A stretch of DNA of 62,947 bases, counting the filler, from Octopus bimaculoides (taxonomy: Eukaryota): NCBI RefSeq assembly GCF_001194135.2. It is 8 parts of 8 records of this genome, joined end to end, with 100 filler letters (N's around TTAATTAATTAA, not from the genome) between each part and the next. Parts side by side here need not be neighbours in the genome. Positions count along the whole stretch, not along the records: positions 61,191 to 62,947 come from NC_068985.1; 7 more parts are not named here. One strand, given 5' to 3'. The notes beneath the pieces were generated by a model, which did no database searches, was not told the DNA's origin, and was given only the letters and a program-made list of their open reading frames with translations. The translations under genes and the position numbers were made by a program. Shown here in pieces: positions 61,191 to 62,947 of the stretch. Position 1 is the stretch's first letter. The number at the start of each line of letters is the position of its first letter.

Positions 61191-62947
61191 TTCCACAAAA
61201 AGCGGAAGAGCTGTCTTTCCAGCTTGATTAACCACGAATCGGGGCAAGGAACGACGGTTAGGCGGTAGGTGATGACCGATGCGATGAACACATTGGCTAC
61301 CTCCGGCCTCCCTTTCAGGGATAGCCACCGCCAAGACCAGGTCTTGACTCTGGGGGTCACCCTACTCGTTAACTCGGCCCAGTTCTTCTCTATTTGGAGG
61401 TCTGGTCCAAACGAAACTCCTAGCAACATAATCGGGCCCTCCGTCCAACGTCCCACGACGCTATCAGGAGGCATCGACTTGCCTCTCCAGGTGCCGAGGT
61501 GCAAGCCGACCGACTTTTCACGATTAACTTTTGCTCCTGCCACCGTCTCGTAAACCTCTATGGCCTTGCCCAATAACCGTAGTTGGTCCATTTCGGTTAC
61601 GATGATAGTGATGTCATCCGCGTAAGCAGAAACCGATTTTCCACAACCTGGCTGTCTTGGGATGCCGCTCAATTTTCGCAGTAATGNNNNNNNNNNTGTC
61701 ATCCGCGTAAGCAGAAACCGATTTTCCACAACCTGGCTGTCTTGGGATGCCGCTCAATTTTCGCAGTAATGGCTCGAGGGCCATCACATACAAAATCGGG
61801 GAGAGCGGACACCCTTGACGAACCGAGCGTTTGATGTTGAACGGCTTCGATATGAAGCCGTTCACCCGAAATACCGAGTCGATGTTGTCGTAAATCTCGA
61901 TGATTCACCTGAGAAAACCAAGACCCAGACCGAACTGCGCCAGAACGGACACCAGGTAGCGATGATCAACCCTATCGAATGCCTTAGATTGGTCTAAATG
62001 GACCAGTGCCCCACCCTTGCCAGCATCATTATTAAACCCTTCTAAAGTGTATCGTGTAAGATGGAGATTATCCTGGATGGTTCTGCCGGGAACGGCACAC
62101 GTTTGTGTCTCCCCGATCAGACCGTCCGCGACACGCGCCAATCTTTTCGATAACACTTCGGCCAAAATCTTCAACTCTGCGTTTAGCAGAGTGATGGGCC
62201 GAAAATGGGCGCACAGATCTGGGAATAAACCCATTCTGCTGCCAGTTCGCGTAGATATTTGCCAGTAGGTGCCCGAACAAGTCTGGCATAATTTTGTACA
62301 AATCGTAGGGTAAACCATCCAGTCTTGGCGCCTTACCCGTGCTGCAGTCAGCCATTGCCTCAATTACTTCCTCAGGTGTGATCGGCTCTTCACAGCTCTC
62401 CGCGTCCCGCCCCGACAGACGCGGCAGCCCGGTGAGGAAGTCCGTTAGGTCCCTCCTGCTATCCGGCCCGCCACTCGCATCGAAAAGCTGGGCGAAGTGC
62501 TCCTGAAAGGTCTTACACATCTCTTCGGGTTCCTTTATCAACTTACCTTGTTGGTTCGTCAAATATCCTATTCTAGCATCATTGCCACGTTGGGCTTCCA
62601 CCACCCGGGCCCATCCTGCGGCCTTGGTTCCCTCGCAACCCATAGCACGAATTCTAGCTCTGATAATGCAACCCATGTGTTTGGCTTCGAGGTGCTGGTT
62701 TAACGCCAGTCTCTTGTCCTTCACCTGAATCGCAGAGCCAGTTCTCATTGCTTCCTCTAATTCCTGAACTAAAACTGTTTCCCTCCTACGCTCTCTAGCC
62801 ACTAAACTTATGTTATATCTAACAGACTCATATTTAATGGCTCGTTTGAGGGCATACCACCATGTATTATTAATAATGACACCGGTTAATGCCCTCTGAA
62901 TCAACAAATTAATCCGATCTCTGTACTCCTTAATCGCCAAATGGGAC
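61191..62947 (-). mobile_element. Tx1/L1-clade LINE ORF2 reverse transcriptase region, disrupted
   Basis: KAPRLDGLPYDLYK, FRPITLLNAELKIL, LDQSKAFDRVDH, SVRQGCPLSPILY, YADD. There is an internal deletion and frameshift near 62205-62220 and a gap-flank duplication around 61690. Confidence 0.92.

Overview
This is AT-rich, repeat-saturated eukaryotic DNA. The SINE families and the (AT)n/(GT)n/(AAT)n load point to an octopus genome (inference). Seven identical 100-bp joins (44 N + TTAATTAATTAA + 44 N) split the window into 8 pieces whose true adjacency is uncertain. Host-gene content is small: the first coding exon of a class I/II PLP-dependent aminotransferase (29288-29495, -), two 3' exons of an unidentified membrane-anchored protein gene (9556-9646 and 15466 onward, +), and a TATA/CCAAT/E-box promoter with a CAG-rich leader (26.7-27.3 kb, +). 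Most of the rest is tRNA- and RTE-tailed SINEs (my labels A, B, C, E), LINE fragments (CRE, R4/Dong, RTE, Tx1/L1), a Gypsy RT, Helitron pieces, Tc1/mariner relics, MITE/foldback elements and satellites. The best finding is a minimal type-I hammerhead ribozyme (28203-28245, +) at the tip of a roughly 45-bp G-U-rich helix inside a ~320-bp hairpin-rich, retrozyme-like unit. A second dispersed repeat carries a variant hammerhead-like core. Other highlights are a 91-bp complete mini-Helitron with a larger relative, a foldback element with a (CCCTAA)-like core and a 10-bp TSD, inverted 51-bp minisatellite arrays and SINE-derived palindromes. There are no rRNA, true tRNA or CRISPR features. All pairings and alignments were done by eye, and repeat boundaries are approximate.
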